Notes under the pieces: model-generated
Databases searched by the model: none
What the model was told of the DNA's origin: nothing
Seen by the model: only the letters and a program-made list of their open reading frames with translations
In this document: piece after piece, positions 52,518 to 62,814 of the stretch
Position numbering within the stretch: the first letter of the stretch is position 1
How the letters are laid out: every line of letters starts with the position of its first letter
Assembly: GCA_963664015.2 (NCBI GenBank)
Contig: CAXXLF010000002.1
Coordinates: 608,001 to 672,000, forward strand
DNA: 64,000 nt
DNA from: Candidatus Binatia bacterium
Lineage (GTDB): Bacteria; Desulfobacterota; Binatia; UBA9968; CAXXLF01
Direction: 5' to 3'
Made by a program: the position numbers and the translations under genes

Positions 52518-53951
52518 TCACGATTTTCCGAAAGGATTCGAGCGGGAAGGTAATGGGGGCGCACCGGTGGGTAGGAATTCCTCAAGGCGGACGGTATCCC
52601 CTCCCATAGGGCTCAGGCGTTCGAATTCAAGACGCTTTGCAGGATCGCACTCCGGCGGTTTGGTGGCATCGATCATGACCTTACCTCCGATTCGGTGCCA
52701 CCCAGGACTTCCCGGCGTTCCCACCTGGCGGCACGATGGGTCCATAGCGTGAATCTTAGTACCGGAAATCACGGTGATATCCTCTTCTGGATCGACCCGG
52801 GTCGAGATTGCCCACAACACGTCGGCGTAATTGAAGATGTCCACGTCCTCATCGACGGCGATGGCGACTTTGGGGTGCTGGTACTCTCCGGAAAGGGCCG
52901 CCATAAGCACGTTTTTTACCTCGCCGTAATACCGCGGGGTCATCTGGATCACAACACCGAATATGCCCGGTAGCACAAGCACGTTCTTGATGTTGGCAAA
53001 GCCCCCAACGGTCCGGATGCGGCGCAAGATCTGTCCCGACATGGGGACCTTATGGTACACGCAGCCCTCGACTTCGGCCCCGTTTTGAATGTTCTTAAAG
53101 ATGGCGTCGTTACGCATCGTAACCGCGTTGATCTTGAGTACCGGGTTTTTACCGGAACCGGCGAGGTAGTAGTCCTGGAACTCGCTAAATGGGCCTTCCT
53201 CTTCCCGCACGTTGGGTAGGATCTCCCCCTCGATAACAATCTCAGCATTGGCTGGCACTTCGAGATCCACCGTCTCGCACTTGACCAATTCAACGTCCTC
53301 CTGAAGGAGGGCTGAGGCCAATTCCAATTCATCCACCCCATAATCCGTCGTGGTGGCCGCGGCAAAGTAGTACATCGGGTGATGTCCCACCATGATCGCC
53401 ACTGGCATGGGCTTATTCTCCTTTTCGTACTGTTGGAAATTCATCCAGTTATGCCTTGGGTATAAAAGCACCCCGGTCTTTCTAGGCCCCTTTAACTGTA
53501 GCCGGTGAAAGCTCATGTTTCTCGCACCCGTGATCGGGTTTTTGGAAATCATCAATCCGGAGGCAATGAAGGGCCCTCCGTCTCTCTTCCCCGCCTGATG
53601 GATTGGCATCTTGCTGATGTCGACGTCATCGCCCAGCATGATTTTCTCTTTGACCGGGCCCGTATTGACCATGCGCAGAGTACCCGGTTGGGAAATCCGT
53701 CGCACGAATTCGGGAACCATTTCGTCTCTATGACAATCAAAGGCCAATGGTGCCATCTCTACGTTACCCGGAGCCTGGCCTAGACATCGCCAACCGGGAA
53801 ATCCGGTCAGATTATCGAAATACAGGGCACGAGCCCGTGCCTGCCACAACAAGGCTCCCATCTGCGTTCGGGGGTCCACTGGCTTGCTGATCTGCGCCAA
53901 AACACCCGCCGTTTCCAATTGATCAATCCACGTTCGCATATCTTTTGCCAT
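52518..53951 (-). CDS. UbiD family prFMN-dependent (de)carboxylase
   Basis: DGGPFI, SFHR, VPANAEIVIEG, EGPFSEF, VDEDVD, WAISTR, IDATKP. Confidence 0.92.
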   Translation of the reverse strand: MAKDMRTWIDQLETAGVLAQISKPVDPRTQMGALLWQARARALYFDNLTGFPGWRCLGQAPGNVEMAPLAFDCHRDEMVPEFVRRISQPGTLRMVNTGPVKEKIMLGDDVDISKMPIHQAGKRDGGPFIASGLMISKNPITGARNMSFHRLQLKGPRKTGVLLYPRHNWMNFQQYEKENKPMPVAIMVGHHPMYYFAAATTTDYGVDELELASALLQEDVELVKCETVDLEVPANAEIVIEGEILPNVREEEGPFSEFQDYYLAGSGKNPVLKINAVTMRNDAIFKNIQNGAEVEGCVYHKVPMSGQILRRIRTVGGFANIKNVLVLPGIFGVVIQMTPRYYGEVKNVLMAALSGEYQHPKVAIAVDEDVDIFNYADVLWAISTRVDPEEDITVISGTKIHAMDPSCRQVGTPGSPGWHRIGGKVMIDATKPPECDPAKRLEFERLSPMGGDTVRLEEFLPTGAPPLPSRSNPFGKS

Positions 53952-54098
53952 ATGAAACCTCCGATCGGCTGAGTGCTTTCCTCAAGTCACTCCATTGATG
54001 TCACGCGCACTCGCCCATGGAACCAACCATCTTAAATTCCAAGAGTTGTCTTAAGCCCACTTTAGACTGAATTTCGCAAGATGGTTTTCAGCCGCACA

Positions 54099-54719
54099 TC
54101 AACCTCTAAACCCGGTCATATACGGGAGTTTATAGGCCACTTCCTTTACCTTTCCCAAATTGCCTCGCAACAGCGATGTCGAATCCCACGCCCCGGTCGT
54201 CAGGGCATTACGATGGGTTTCTGGTAGATCTATTGAAATCTCCTTCCCATTGTAGGACAGGATTTTGGATCGGAGATCAACGGTAAAAGAAGTGTCCGAG
54301 GCGCTTTCCACAGTTTGCATCAACTCACCAATCGCCTCTGGGGAAACCATGACCGTAGGAATCCCCAGCATGATACAATTCCCCGCAAATATGGCGGCGA
54401 AGGACTCACCGACGATGGCGTGAATCCCAAAGCGAAGAATGGCCTGTGGGGCGTGCTCACGGGATGATCCACAGCCGAAGTTTTTGTTGACGAACAGGAA
54501 CGAGGCCCCTTTGTACTTTTCATCGTTGAAAGGGTGGCTTTTGGGGGTTCCCGATGCATCGAACCTCTCATCGTAGAAGGGATATTCGCCCATTCGCTCA
54601 AAGGTCACCTCTTTTAAATAGCGCGCCGGCAAAATACGATCCGTATCTATATCATTGCCGCGTACAGGAAGGGCAGTTCCGCTGATGCGGGTTACTTTGG
54701 GGTCACTTATGGCACTCAT
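54099..54719 (-). CDS. leuD: 3-isopropylmalate dehydratase small subunit
   Basis: DIDTDRILPARYL, NFGCGSSREHAPQA, SFAAIF. Confidence 0.93.
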   Translation of the reverse strand: MSAISDPKVTRISGTALPVRGNDIDTDRILPARYLKEVTFERMGEYPFYDERFDASGTPKSHPFNDEKYKGASFLFVNKNFGCGSSREHAPQAILRFGIHAIVGESFAAIFAGNCIMLGIPTVMVSPEAIGELMQTVESASDTSFTVDLRSKILSYNGKEISIDLPETHRNALTTGAWDSTSLLRGNLGKVKEVAYKLPYMTGFRG

Positions 54720-54740
54720 CTAACGCCTCCTTACGCCTCC

Positions 54741-54979
54741 CAACAGGCTACTTAAAAGACACTCAAATGCTAACAGCCTGCTTCAAGCCGGCGATTTCAA
54801 AAGTTGCGGTTGATCGGCCGGGGAATTCTTCCGCTCAGAGCAAAATCACTCCAATGTACCGCTTAAGTACGCCGACCCTCATCAATTTTTGGCACGCCGT
54901 TCGGCTGAGCTAGGTCGAGACCTCGCCTCTGAGATCTTTTTGACCAGCCTGCATCCTGATTTTTTCAAAATCCTGCTAG
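54741..54979. mobile_element. Degenerate MITE-like element(s) between leuC and leuD
   Basis: CAGGCTACTTAAAAG at left; TTTTTGACCAGCCTG and TTTTTCAAAATCCTGCTAG at right; internal GTAC-N7-GTAC; CTAG overlaps the leuC stop. Confidence 0.55.
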
Positions 54980-56373
54980 TTGTATTGCCGCACGTCCACT
55001 ACCTTGCCGTTCAAAGCGGCGGCAACGACCATGGCCGGGCTCATGAGCAGGGTGCGCCCGCCCGGACTTCCCTGCCTACCAATGAAGTTACGGTTCGACG
55101 ACGAAGCACAGATTTCTCTTCCGTTCAATTTATCGGGATTCATGGCAAGGCACATGGAGCATCCGGCTTCCCTCCAATCAAATCCCGCATCTCGAAAGAT
55201 TCGATCCAGCCCTTCTTTTTCGGCCATGGACTTGACCTCTGCAGAGCCCGGCACCACCAGTGCCCGGACATCCGAGTGGACCCTCTTACCGGCAGCAACC
55301 TTCGCAGCGATGCGCAGGTCGCTGAGCCGCGAGTTGGTACAGGAACCGACAAAGGCCACATTAATAGGCGTCCCCATTATGGGGCTTCCAGGCTGCCACC
55401 CCATATGTTTGTAGGCGAGTTTGGCCCCCTCTGGATCGGAGAAATTCTCGGCTAAGGGAAGCTTTTCAAATATGCCTACCGCCTGTCCCGGGTTAATTCC
55501 CCAGGTGACTGTGGGCTCTATCTGCGCACCCTCAACATCAACGACGTCGTCGTATCGGGCATTGCCATCGGAAGTCACCGACTGCCAGTAAACGACGGCC
55601 TTTTCGAATTCGGCGCCCTTGGGGACATACTTTTTGTCTTTCAAGAACTGAAAAGTTGTCAAGTCCGGATTGACATAACCGATCAGGGCACCTCCCTCAA
55701 TGCTCATATTACAGAGAGTCATACGCTCTTCCATATTCATCTTCTCGATGACCGGACCGCCGTACTCGTACGCAAACCCCTTTCCTCCCCCAACCCCCAG
55801 TGTACGGATTATGTAGAGGATCACGTCTTTGGCATAAACCCCTTGGGCCAGACCGCCATTGACGTTGATTCTGCGCACTTTTAGTTCATCCATGGCGAGG
55901 GTCTGCGTCGCAAGCACATCACGGACCTGGCTCGTGCCTATGCCAAAGGCGAGGGTCCCGAAGGCCCCGTGGGTACTGGTGTGGCTATCACCACACGCCA
56001 ACGTCATCCCCGGTTGGGTTAACCCCAACTGGGGCCCGATCACATGGACAATCCCCTGATTTTCGCTATCCAGTCCAAATAATTCGATTCCAAACTGACC
56101 TGTGTTTTTTTCCAGCGTTTGCGTCAATTCCTCGGCTTGGGAATCCTGGAACGGGCGAGAACGGTTATCCGTGGGAACAATGTGGTCGACGGTAGCAAAG
56201 GTCCTCTCGGGAAAGGCAATATCCAATCCCTTTTCACGTAACATGTCGAAGGCGGGTGCCGTCGTAATTTCATGGATTAGATGGAGTCCGATAAAGATCT
56301 GGGTTTGACCGGTGGGGAGCTTGTCCACCGTGTGGGAGTCCCAAATTTTATTATACAAAGTGTGCTTTGCCAC
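54976..56373 (-). CDS. leuC: 3-isopropylmalate dehydratase large subunit
   Basis: [47 protein letters not shown]. Confidence 0.96.
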   Translation of the reverse strand: MAKHTLYNKIWDSHTVDKLPTGQTQIFIGLHLIHEITTAPAFDMLREKGLDIAFPERTFATVDHIVPTDNRSRPFQDSQAEELTQTLEKNTGQFGIELFGLDSENQGIVHVIGPQLGLTQPGMTLACGDSHTSTHGAFGTLAFGIGTSQVRDVLATQTLAMDELKVRRINVNGGLAQGVYAKDVILYIIRTLGVGGGKGFAYEYGGPVIEKMNMEERMTLCNMSIEGGALIGYVNPDLTTFQFLKDKKYVPKGAEFEKAVVYWQSVTSDGNARYDDVVDVEGAQIEPTVTWGINPGQAVGIFEKLPLAENFSDPEGAKLAYKHMGWQPGSPIMGTPINVAFVGSCTNSRLSDLRIAAKVAAGKRVHSDVRALVVPGSAEVKSMAEKEGLDRIFRDAGFDWREAGCSMCLAMNPDKLNGREICASSSNRNFIGRQGSPGGRTLLMSPAMVVAAALNGKVVDVRQYN

Positions 56374-56621
56374 GTTTACATCCCTCCCTAGAGAAGCATC
56401 CTAGCTTTCTACGCCTCCGACTTCAAGCATGACGAGGACTTCTCCATGACTCAGCGCTCAATCATCTGCTGATCAGCGGCCTGCTTTCACCCGTCCTGCC
56501 CAGATTTGGCCAATTACCCTTGAAGAAATAATATTTCCAATGTGTTAGACCAATCAGCAAGAACCGACACTTAAGCTTTAAAAGAGCTCAGTATCTTGCT
56601 TATTATACCTGAAGCAAAGGC

Positions 56622-56885
56622 ATGATGGCCCTTGCCACTGCCCGACAGTTCAAGCCCGATTTGATCCTGCTTGACGTGGTCATGCCGGACATCGACGGCG
56701 GTGAAGTCGCCTCTACCATCATGGCCGATGAAGAGATCAAGAATACACCGATCGTGTTCTTAACCGCAGCAGTTGGAGAAGACGAAGAAGGGGTTATATC
56801 GGGTTATCCCTTTATGGCCAAGCCGGTCAATTCGGACGATATGATCGAGCGAATCGAGAAACGCCCTATGAAATCAGTCGCTTAA
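56622..56885 (+). pseudogene. Receiver domain lacking its N-terminus
   Basis: PDLILLDVVMPDIDG, FLTA, KPV are present; first beta strand and acidic pair are missing. Confidence 0.65.
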
Positions 56886-57278
56886 CGCCCAACCCAGACG
56901 TCCCGATCACACCCTCAACGGTTCAGTCCATCGTCCCTCAATAGAAACAACGGTTTCCACCGCCGGAAGTCTAAACATCAGGTTATCTCAGAATTTTCTG
57001 TCGTTCGCCACACACCCTGAGACTTTTCCTTGCACCATTCGCCTGACTTAGGTAGGCTTAGGCAACGTAAAATTCATAGTGCGCATGGGTTGTCTAGCTA
57101 CAGCCTCTCCTTCTGCGAAGGATCCATCTCTTGCCCGAACAGGTTTCGAGATTCAGCTTCATGAGAAGTGTTCGTCCATCCGGAAGCGGATTGGTCACAT
57201 GACGGCCCCCTCGAGTATTTATCAAATAGAGTGCCACGTCAGTTGACCAGTTAAAGGAACAGGGAGGTCGGACCGTTC

Positions 57279-58310
57279 ATGGGACAGGAAACGAATTCAC
57301 ATATTTTTTCTCGCAAGCAACAGGATTGGCACTTGGTCGCCCCGTCCATTTGGGCCATGAACGGACAGCCGGCGGCACAGGACCCAGCTCTCGCTCTTTT
57401 AAAGACCCTTTTCGACCAACCACCGTGGTTGCAGGCCTTTCACCTTTACGACGAGAAGGGATCCCATCTGTTCGAACAGATCTGCGAACTCCCCGAATAC
57501 TATCCGACACGGACGGAAGAATCGATTCTGGAGCAACAAGCGGCGAAGATCATCGGCCTGGCACCGGTGGAATGCATCGTCGAGCTAGGTGCGGGTTTTT
57601 CTAAAAAGACCGTGCACCTGTTGAGAGAACAAACGCGCCAAAGGCAACGGGCCATCTTTGCGCCGTTGGACGTGAGCATTACCGGGCTGGAGGTTTCGAG
57701 AGACGCCGTGGAAGAACAATTTCCACAATTGACCTTCCAAGGGATTCAATCACTGTTTGACCAGGGAATTGCGTGTATCGATAAGGAACTGCCAACTCTC
57801 TTCGTCTTCCTGGGCAGCACGCTGGGAAACTTGAGTCAACCGGAGTTTATTCAGTTTTTTGAACACCTTTCCGATTCCATGGGGCCCCATGACTTCCTCT
57901 TGCTCGGAGTCGATCGAGTCAAAGACACGGATGTGCTGAGCAGGGCTTACGACGATTCGCAGGGGATTACCGCGGCTTTTATTCTCAACGTCTTTGACAA
58001 TATCAACCGCCTACTCAACAGCAACTTCGATAGGAGCAAGATGAAGTTTGATTCCAGGTACAACTCGGACCGACAACGGATCGAGATGTCGTCTATCGCC
58101 ACCAGCACACAGGAAATTCACTTCCCAACCCGCGGGGCATCCTTTAAATGGACCGAGGGGCAAAGGATCCTGGTAGAGATCAGCCGGAAGTTCATTCCTT
58201 CCGCTCTATCAAAACAGCTTCAGTTCTTCGATTTAGAATCTGTCGGCCATTTCACGGATCCCAAGGAGTGGTTTTCACTTCTCCTGTTGAAAAAATCCCT
58301 GACCACCTGA
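57279..58310 (+). CDS. egtD: EgtD-like amino-acid N-methyltransferase (Methyltransf_33)
   Basis: YDEKGS.LFEQICELPEYYPTRTE, ELGAG, GSTLGN, AYDD.QG.TAAF, RIEM, EISRKF. Confidence 0.85.
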   Translation: MGQETNSHIFSRKQQDWHLVAPSIWAMNGQPAAQDPALALLKTLFDQPPWLQAFHLYDEKGSHLFEQICELPEYYPTRTEESILEQQAAKIIGLAPVECIVELGAGFSKKTVHLLREQTRQRQRAIFAPLDVSITGLEVSRDAVEEQFPQLTFQGIQSLFDQGIACIDKELPTLFVFLGSTLGNLSQPEFIQFFEHLSDSMGPHDFLLLGVDRVKDTDVLSRAYDDSQGITAAFILNVFDNINRLLNSNFDRSKMKFDSRYNSDRQRIEMSSIATSTQEIHFPTRGASFKWTEGQRILVEISRKFIPSALSKQLQFFDLESVGHFTDPKEWFSLLLLKKSLTT

Positions 58311-58395
58311 TTTGCGTGGGTGACCCCATTCACCCCTTTGGGGATTTCGACATTCGACGACTCTTTCTAGGACAGAGGATTCCCAAACCGCTTTT

Positions 58396-59820
58396 ATGAC
58401 CCGAAGGTGGTTCATATTTTCTTTTGTAGGCCTGGGTGTATTCCTTACCACCAGTGGCTTGACCATCGTTAACGTCGCGCTTCCTTTCATTACCGAGGAC
58501 TTTGGCTCTGATATTCGCAGCGCTCAATGGATCCTGCTGGGTTATCTCCTGGCCACATCCAGTACACTGATCAATTTCGGCAGGCTTGGGGACATGGTGG
58601 GTAGTTTACGGGTCCATACCATCGGATTTGTGATCTTCATTGCAACCTCCATCCTCTGCAGCCTCGTCACTTCCGTAGAGATGCTCATCGCCTTTCGCGT
58701 AGGCCAAGCCCTGGGAGCCTCTATGATCATTGCCACCGGTCCGGGTATCATCACTGCATCATTCCCACCCGAACAAAGAGGGAAGGCCGTCGGATTGCAA
58801 GGAATCGTGGTGGGCACGTCTCTCTCCCTTGGTCCGACTTTGGGAGGACTCTTGACTGGGGTGTTTGGCTGGAGATCGGTCTTTTGGTTCAACGTTCCCG
58901 TTGGCCTGCTGGGTCTTCTCATGAGCACCTTTATTAAAGGACCGGCAGAAGAGCATAAGAAGGTTGAGATCGATATCCCCGGCTCCCTCCTGTTCTTTGC
59001 TGCAATCGCCTGTCTCGTCTTGGCCACCCACCGGTCAGGGGACCTAGGTTGGTCTTCTCCAACGATCGTGAGCCTCATGGCTTTTTCTGTTCTGTTGAGC
59101 CTGGCATTCGTTCAAGTTGAGCGGAAGAAATCCAACCCCATGCTTGATCTGACCCTGTTTAAAAACCGGGTCTTCACACTCGCTCAGTTAGGAAACTACC
59201 TCAGCAACATGACCATGTTCAGTGTCTTGTTTCTCATGCCCTTCTATCTGGTTCAGATTCGTCAATCCTCTGCCGAGACTGTAGGACTTTTACTGCTTCC
59301 CCTACCGCTCACCATGGTGTTCGGTGGCCCGATTAGCGGCTATTTGACCGATCGTCTGGGGACCAAGTGGCTATCCATATTAGCCATGGGCTTTCTATGC
59401 GCCGGTTTACTTTCCCTCTCGACTTTAGAACGGGACTCGTCCGCCGTCGGAATCATGGTGCGGTTGATCATCCTGGGCACGGGCCGTGCGTTCTATCGCT
59501 CTCCCAACCTGACCGCAATTCTCAGCTCGATTACTAAAGACCGGCTCGGGGTAGCAGGGGGAATTTACGCCACCATGCGTCACCTGGGAAATATCTCGGG
59601 GGTTGCCCTATTGGGAAGCTTTTTCAACGTGCGCGTGGCCCATTATCTCCAAGTTGCCGATTTGAACCAAACCCTGAGAAGCGCCTCATCCCTGGATGCC
59701 TTCCGCGAAACCTTTCTCCTCGGGCTGTGCGTCGGTCTCCTTGGCCTCGTCCTGGCAACATTCCAGAAAGAACTCAAGACCACCGGGACATCCTCCGAAC
59801 CCACCACCGCCAAAAACTAG
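58396..59820 (+). CDS. MFS DHA2 (EmrB/QacA-like) efflux transporter
   Basis: IVNVALP, GRLGDMVG, FPPEQRG, GPTLGG..T..FGWRSVFWFNVPVG. Confidence 0.9.
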   Translation: MTRRWFIFSFVGLGVFLTTSGLTIVNVALPFITEDFGSDIRSAQWILLGYLLATSSTLINFGRLGDMVGSLRVHTIGFVIFIATSILCSLVTSVEMLIAFRVGQALGASMIIATGPGIITASFPPEQRGKAVGLQGIVVGTSLSLGPTLGGLLTGVFGWRSVFWFNVPVGLLGLLMSTFIKGPAEEHKKVEIDIPGSLLFFAAIACLVLATHRSGDLGWSSPTIVSLMAFSVLLSLAFVQVERKKSNPMLDLTLFKNRVFTLAQLGNYLSNMTMFSVLFLMPFYLVQIRQSSAETVGLLLLPLPLTMVFGGPISGYLTDRLGTKWLSILAMGFLCAGLLSLSTLERDSSAVGIMVRLIILGTGRAFYRSPNLTAILSSITKDRLGVAGGIYATMRHLGNISGVALLGSFFNVRVAHYLQVADLNQTLRSASSLDAFRETFLLGLCVGLLGLVLATFQKELKTTGTSSEPTTAKN

Positions 59821-59889
59821 GATAGCAATGGCGGTTTACCATGGTCTTTTGAAAGCATGGATGAGAACCCGGGGGTTCGATGATAGGGG

Positions 59890-60287
59890 CTAGACGGTGC
59901 GACGATCAGCCGATTGGAGCTGGGACAGCACAACCCCGATGTAGGCCAGCAACAGGGCCGAGTAATTAACAGCCATAAACCAGCCTGTGGCCCAGGAGAT
60001 GCCCCTCACATAGGGAGTAGTGAGAGGCCAAAGATAGGGCGTGGGAACATAGGCCAGGCTATGGGTAAAGTTATAGACATAGAAAACGAAATCCGGCAAA
60101 ATGTCCAGGGCAGGCGGCCCAGAGACCCGGCCCAGTATCCGTTGCCCGATCCACTGTGGATGGATAATGCGGAAGAGACCAAAAGAGAAAAGATCCGGCG
60201 CCCTCCTCACGACGACAGCGGTCATGAATCTCTTCCTCCCCTGGGTCGAGACCCCCCCCCACCCCAAAGGCCATGTGCCAAGACATC
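59890..60287 (-). pseudogene. Membrane-bound metal-dependent hydrolase-like gene, degraded
   Basis: DVLAHGLWGG in one frame, shift at the C/G run near 60252, then APDLFSFG...YNFTHSL; no clean start. Confidence 0.5.
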
Positions 60288-60304
60288 CTTGGAAGTCTTA
60301 ACCC

Positions 60305-61093
60305 TCAGCGTGCCTTCTGGCTGAACTTGAAGTCAACCTTGGCTTTTCCATTGGGATCCACCGTGACCCTTTGCACTTGCTTACCCAAGAACTCGTGCCA
60401 CACCTCCAGGTTATAAGCCCCAGGGGGGACATCCGTCAGCTGAAAACCGCCGCCTCCCCCAGTAACAGCGTAATAGGGATGATCGGACACAAAAATCCAC
60501 GCGTTCATCCAGCTGTGCACATCGCATTTGAGCGATATCAACTCCTTCTTATTAAAGACCTCGGTAATCTTCTTGCGGTATTTTGGCTGTGCTCGATTGA
60601 AGGGACTGTTCTTCTCACTAAAAGAGTGAACGTTGTGCAAGACACCATCACTATTGAGGATTTCCAAGGTCGTTCCCACGGGGAAAGCCAGCACATGGGG
60701 GATGTACTTGCAGCCCTTTTGATCCAATACCGGAGTAACGGGTCCCATGCTCTTACCGCTCTGGATATCCGTGATACGAACCACGGCACCCTGGACCCCG
60801 CCGCCGGAGCCTAGCACCAGGGATGGATCCGGTTGACTCTGACCACAGGCTTCCTTGTCCTTACTTACCGCAATCGAAGCTGCCTTCCACGTCCCGTTGA
60901 AAATAACCTTACCGGCGATCGTTCCGCCGTCACGCACGGCTACCGTCTGATAACCCTGCGGCTTTTCAAACGCACCGGTTGATGCGGGAGTTAGGCTCTT
61001 GTCGGGCGGAGATTCTTTTTTATCCCCCGAGCATCCCCAGAAGACAATGGCCACCACTAGCGCCGGTCCCAACCAATTCAATCTAACCTCCAT
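60305..61093 (-). CDS. Lipoprotein with cupredoxin-like core and carboxypeptidase-regulatory-like domain
   Basis: Lipobox FWGC; DQKGC.Y.PH, LHNVH, CDVHSWM; HPYYAVT...DVPPG.Y...WHE. Confidence 0.8.
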   Translation of the reverse strand: MEVRLNWLGPALVVAIVFWGCSGDKKESPPDKSLTPASTGAFEKPQGYQTVAVRDGGTIAGKVIFNGTWKAASIAVSKDKEACGQSQPDPSLVLGSGGGVQGAVVRITDIQSGKSMGPVTPVLDQKGCKYIPHVLAFPVGTTLEILNSDGVLHNVHSFSEKNSPFNRAQPKYRKKITEVFNKKELISLKCDVHSWMNAWIFVSDHPYYAVTGGGGGFQLTDVPPGAYNLEVWHEFLGKQVQRVTVDPNGKAKVDFKFSQKAR

Positions 61094-61372
61094 TTCCCCT
61101 TATCCTCCGATTCTCCACGGACATACAGTGAAAGTCAACCGGTCAGGATTGTGCTTGGTGGATACAACGTGTATCATCGAATAAGCTATCAACATATATA
61201 CGTAAAGCACTTTGGTACTGGCCCTTTTTCACTCTAGTAAATATAGACTCGCCTTAGTCCCTATCCCATGCGCAGCCCCATCAAAAAACGGGGCCAATCG
61301 ATTCATAATTCCCAACCCTATGTTCGCAGGTTCCGAAAGACACTGATAATATTGGATCCGGATTAACGACCC

Positions 61373-62656
61373 ATGGTAGCGAATTTTTTTTACGGCTACG
61401 TCATTCTGGCCCTTTGCTTTCTCAACATGATTTTTCAGCGTGGGGTCATCGGAGCCTTTGGCGTGTTCTATGTAGCGCTATTGGAAGAGTTCCAATGGAC
61501 TCATAGTTCGGTTGCCACCATCGCCTCGGTCAACGCTCTGGTCTATGCCCTGGTTTGTCCGCTCGTAGGCTGGAGCTTCGACCGTTTCGGCTCGCGAATA
61601 TTGATGCCCTTGGGGGCCCTTTTGATTGGAATAGGGCTCATCCTCTCGGGTCTGAGTCATTCAATCTGGGAACTCTATTTTTCCTACGGAGTCCTGGCCG
61701 GAATCGGCCAAGCGGGGTTGGGATTTGTTACCCAGAGCGCTCTTATCTCTCACTGGTTCGTCCAACGCAGGGCTACCGCGGTCGGAATTGCGGCCATGGG
61801 GATGGGATTAGGGGTCTTGATCATCGTCCCCCTTGCCCAGATCCTCATCGACCAAATGGGGTGGCGAATGGCTTTCATGGCGCTCGCCGGATTGGGCTTA
61901 TGCGTCGTTGTACCCGCCAATGCCATCTTTCAGCGCCGGGATCCAGAAGACGTGGGTCAAAATCCAGACGGTGCTCCATCCGTCCAAATCCATGAAACCG
62001 GTCCCAAACGGGCTAGCGACCCCAGCCATCGCCAGTGGACCATGGGCTCCGTCTTTTGTTCCTTTCCCTACTGGGCTCTCACGATCAATCACCTGGGCCT
62101 GGGATTTGGCAATGCCATGTTCTACACCCACGTTGTGGCCTATCTGGTCCACCAGGGGTTCGACAAGCTCCTAAGCGCCACCATAGTTGGTCTGATTGGA
62201 TTGACGCGTTTCGGAGGTACCGTACTGTGGGGATTTGTCTCTGATCGAATTGGCCGAAGCAAGGCTTACGCTGTGGCCATCGCCATCAACACAGTTGGGC
62301 TTCTATGTTTATTGGCGATTAGCTCTGATTCCCCCTACGTCTTGGCCTATGCCTTTGCCATCCTTTTTGGAATCGGCCACAGCGCTAGCAATCCCACCTC
62401 CGCAGCTGCAGTCGCCGACATCTTCTCCGGCAGCAGAATTGGTACCATCTTCGGTTTTCTCGAAATCAGTTTCGGCCTGGGGATGGCCTTGGGGGCATGG
62501 CTGGGAGGATACGTCTACGACATCACGGGATCCTATCGCTGGGCTTTTATCGTCGGGCTTCTCTCCTTCGTAACCTCATATCTGGCCATTCAGTTGAGCA
62601 TGGCATGGAATGATCGGAGCTTGGCCCGCCTGAGAACGGGCAAGTCTCCAATTTAG
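61373..62656 (+). CDS. MFS transporter (OFA/monocarboxylate-like)
   Basis: About 12 hydrophobic segments; DRFGSR, HWF..RRATAVG, SDRIGR, YDITGSY. Confidence 0.9.
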   Translation: MVANFFYGYVILALCFLNMIFQRGVIGAFGVFYVALLEEFQWTHSSVATIASVNALVYALVCPLVGWSFDRFGSRILMPLGALLIGIGLILSGLSHSIWELYFSYGVLAGIGQAGLGFVTQSALISHWFVQRRATAVGIAAMGMGLGVLIIVPLAQILIDQMGWRMAFMALAGLGLCVVVPANAIFQRRDPEDVGQNPDGAPSVQIHETGPKRASDPSHRQWTMGSVFCSFPYWALTINHLGLGFGNAMFYTHVVAYLVHQGFDKLLSATIVGLIGLTRFGGTVLWGFVSDRIGRSKAYAVAIAINTVGLLCLLAISSDSPYVLAYAFAILFGIGHSASNPTSAAAVADIFSGSRIGTIFGFLEISFGLGMALGAWLGGYVYDITGSYRWAFIVGLLSFVTSYLAIQLSMAWNDRSLARLRTGKSPI

Positions 62657-62814
62657 GAACCCATAGGTTCAAATCTTGGATGACCTTGTCCGCTCGCTGT
62701 GAAATTGCCCCCCAACGTTTTTTAACGATTCCTTGACAGGGTTGGGACCATTTTGATAGGAATAGCCGCTATAATCTCATTACAGTAACACTAAGACTTG
62801 AGGAGGAATTGCCC

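Noticed and set aside
56374-56520. Leu attenuator or T-box upstream of leuC
   Set aside because: No Leu-rich leader peptide or T-box motif seen
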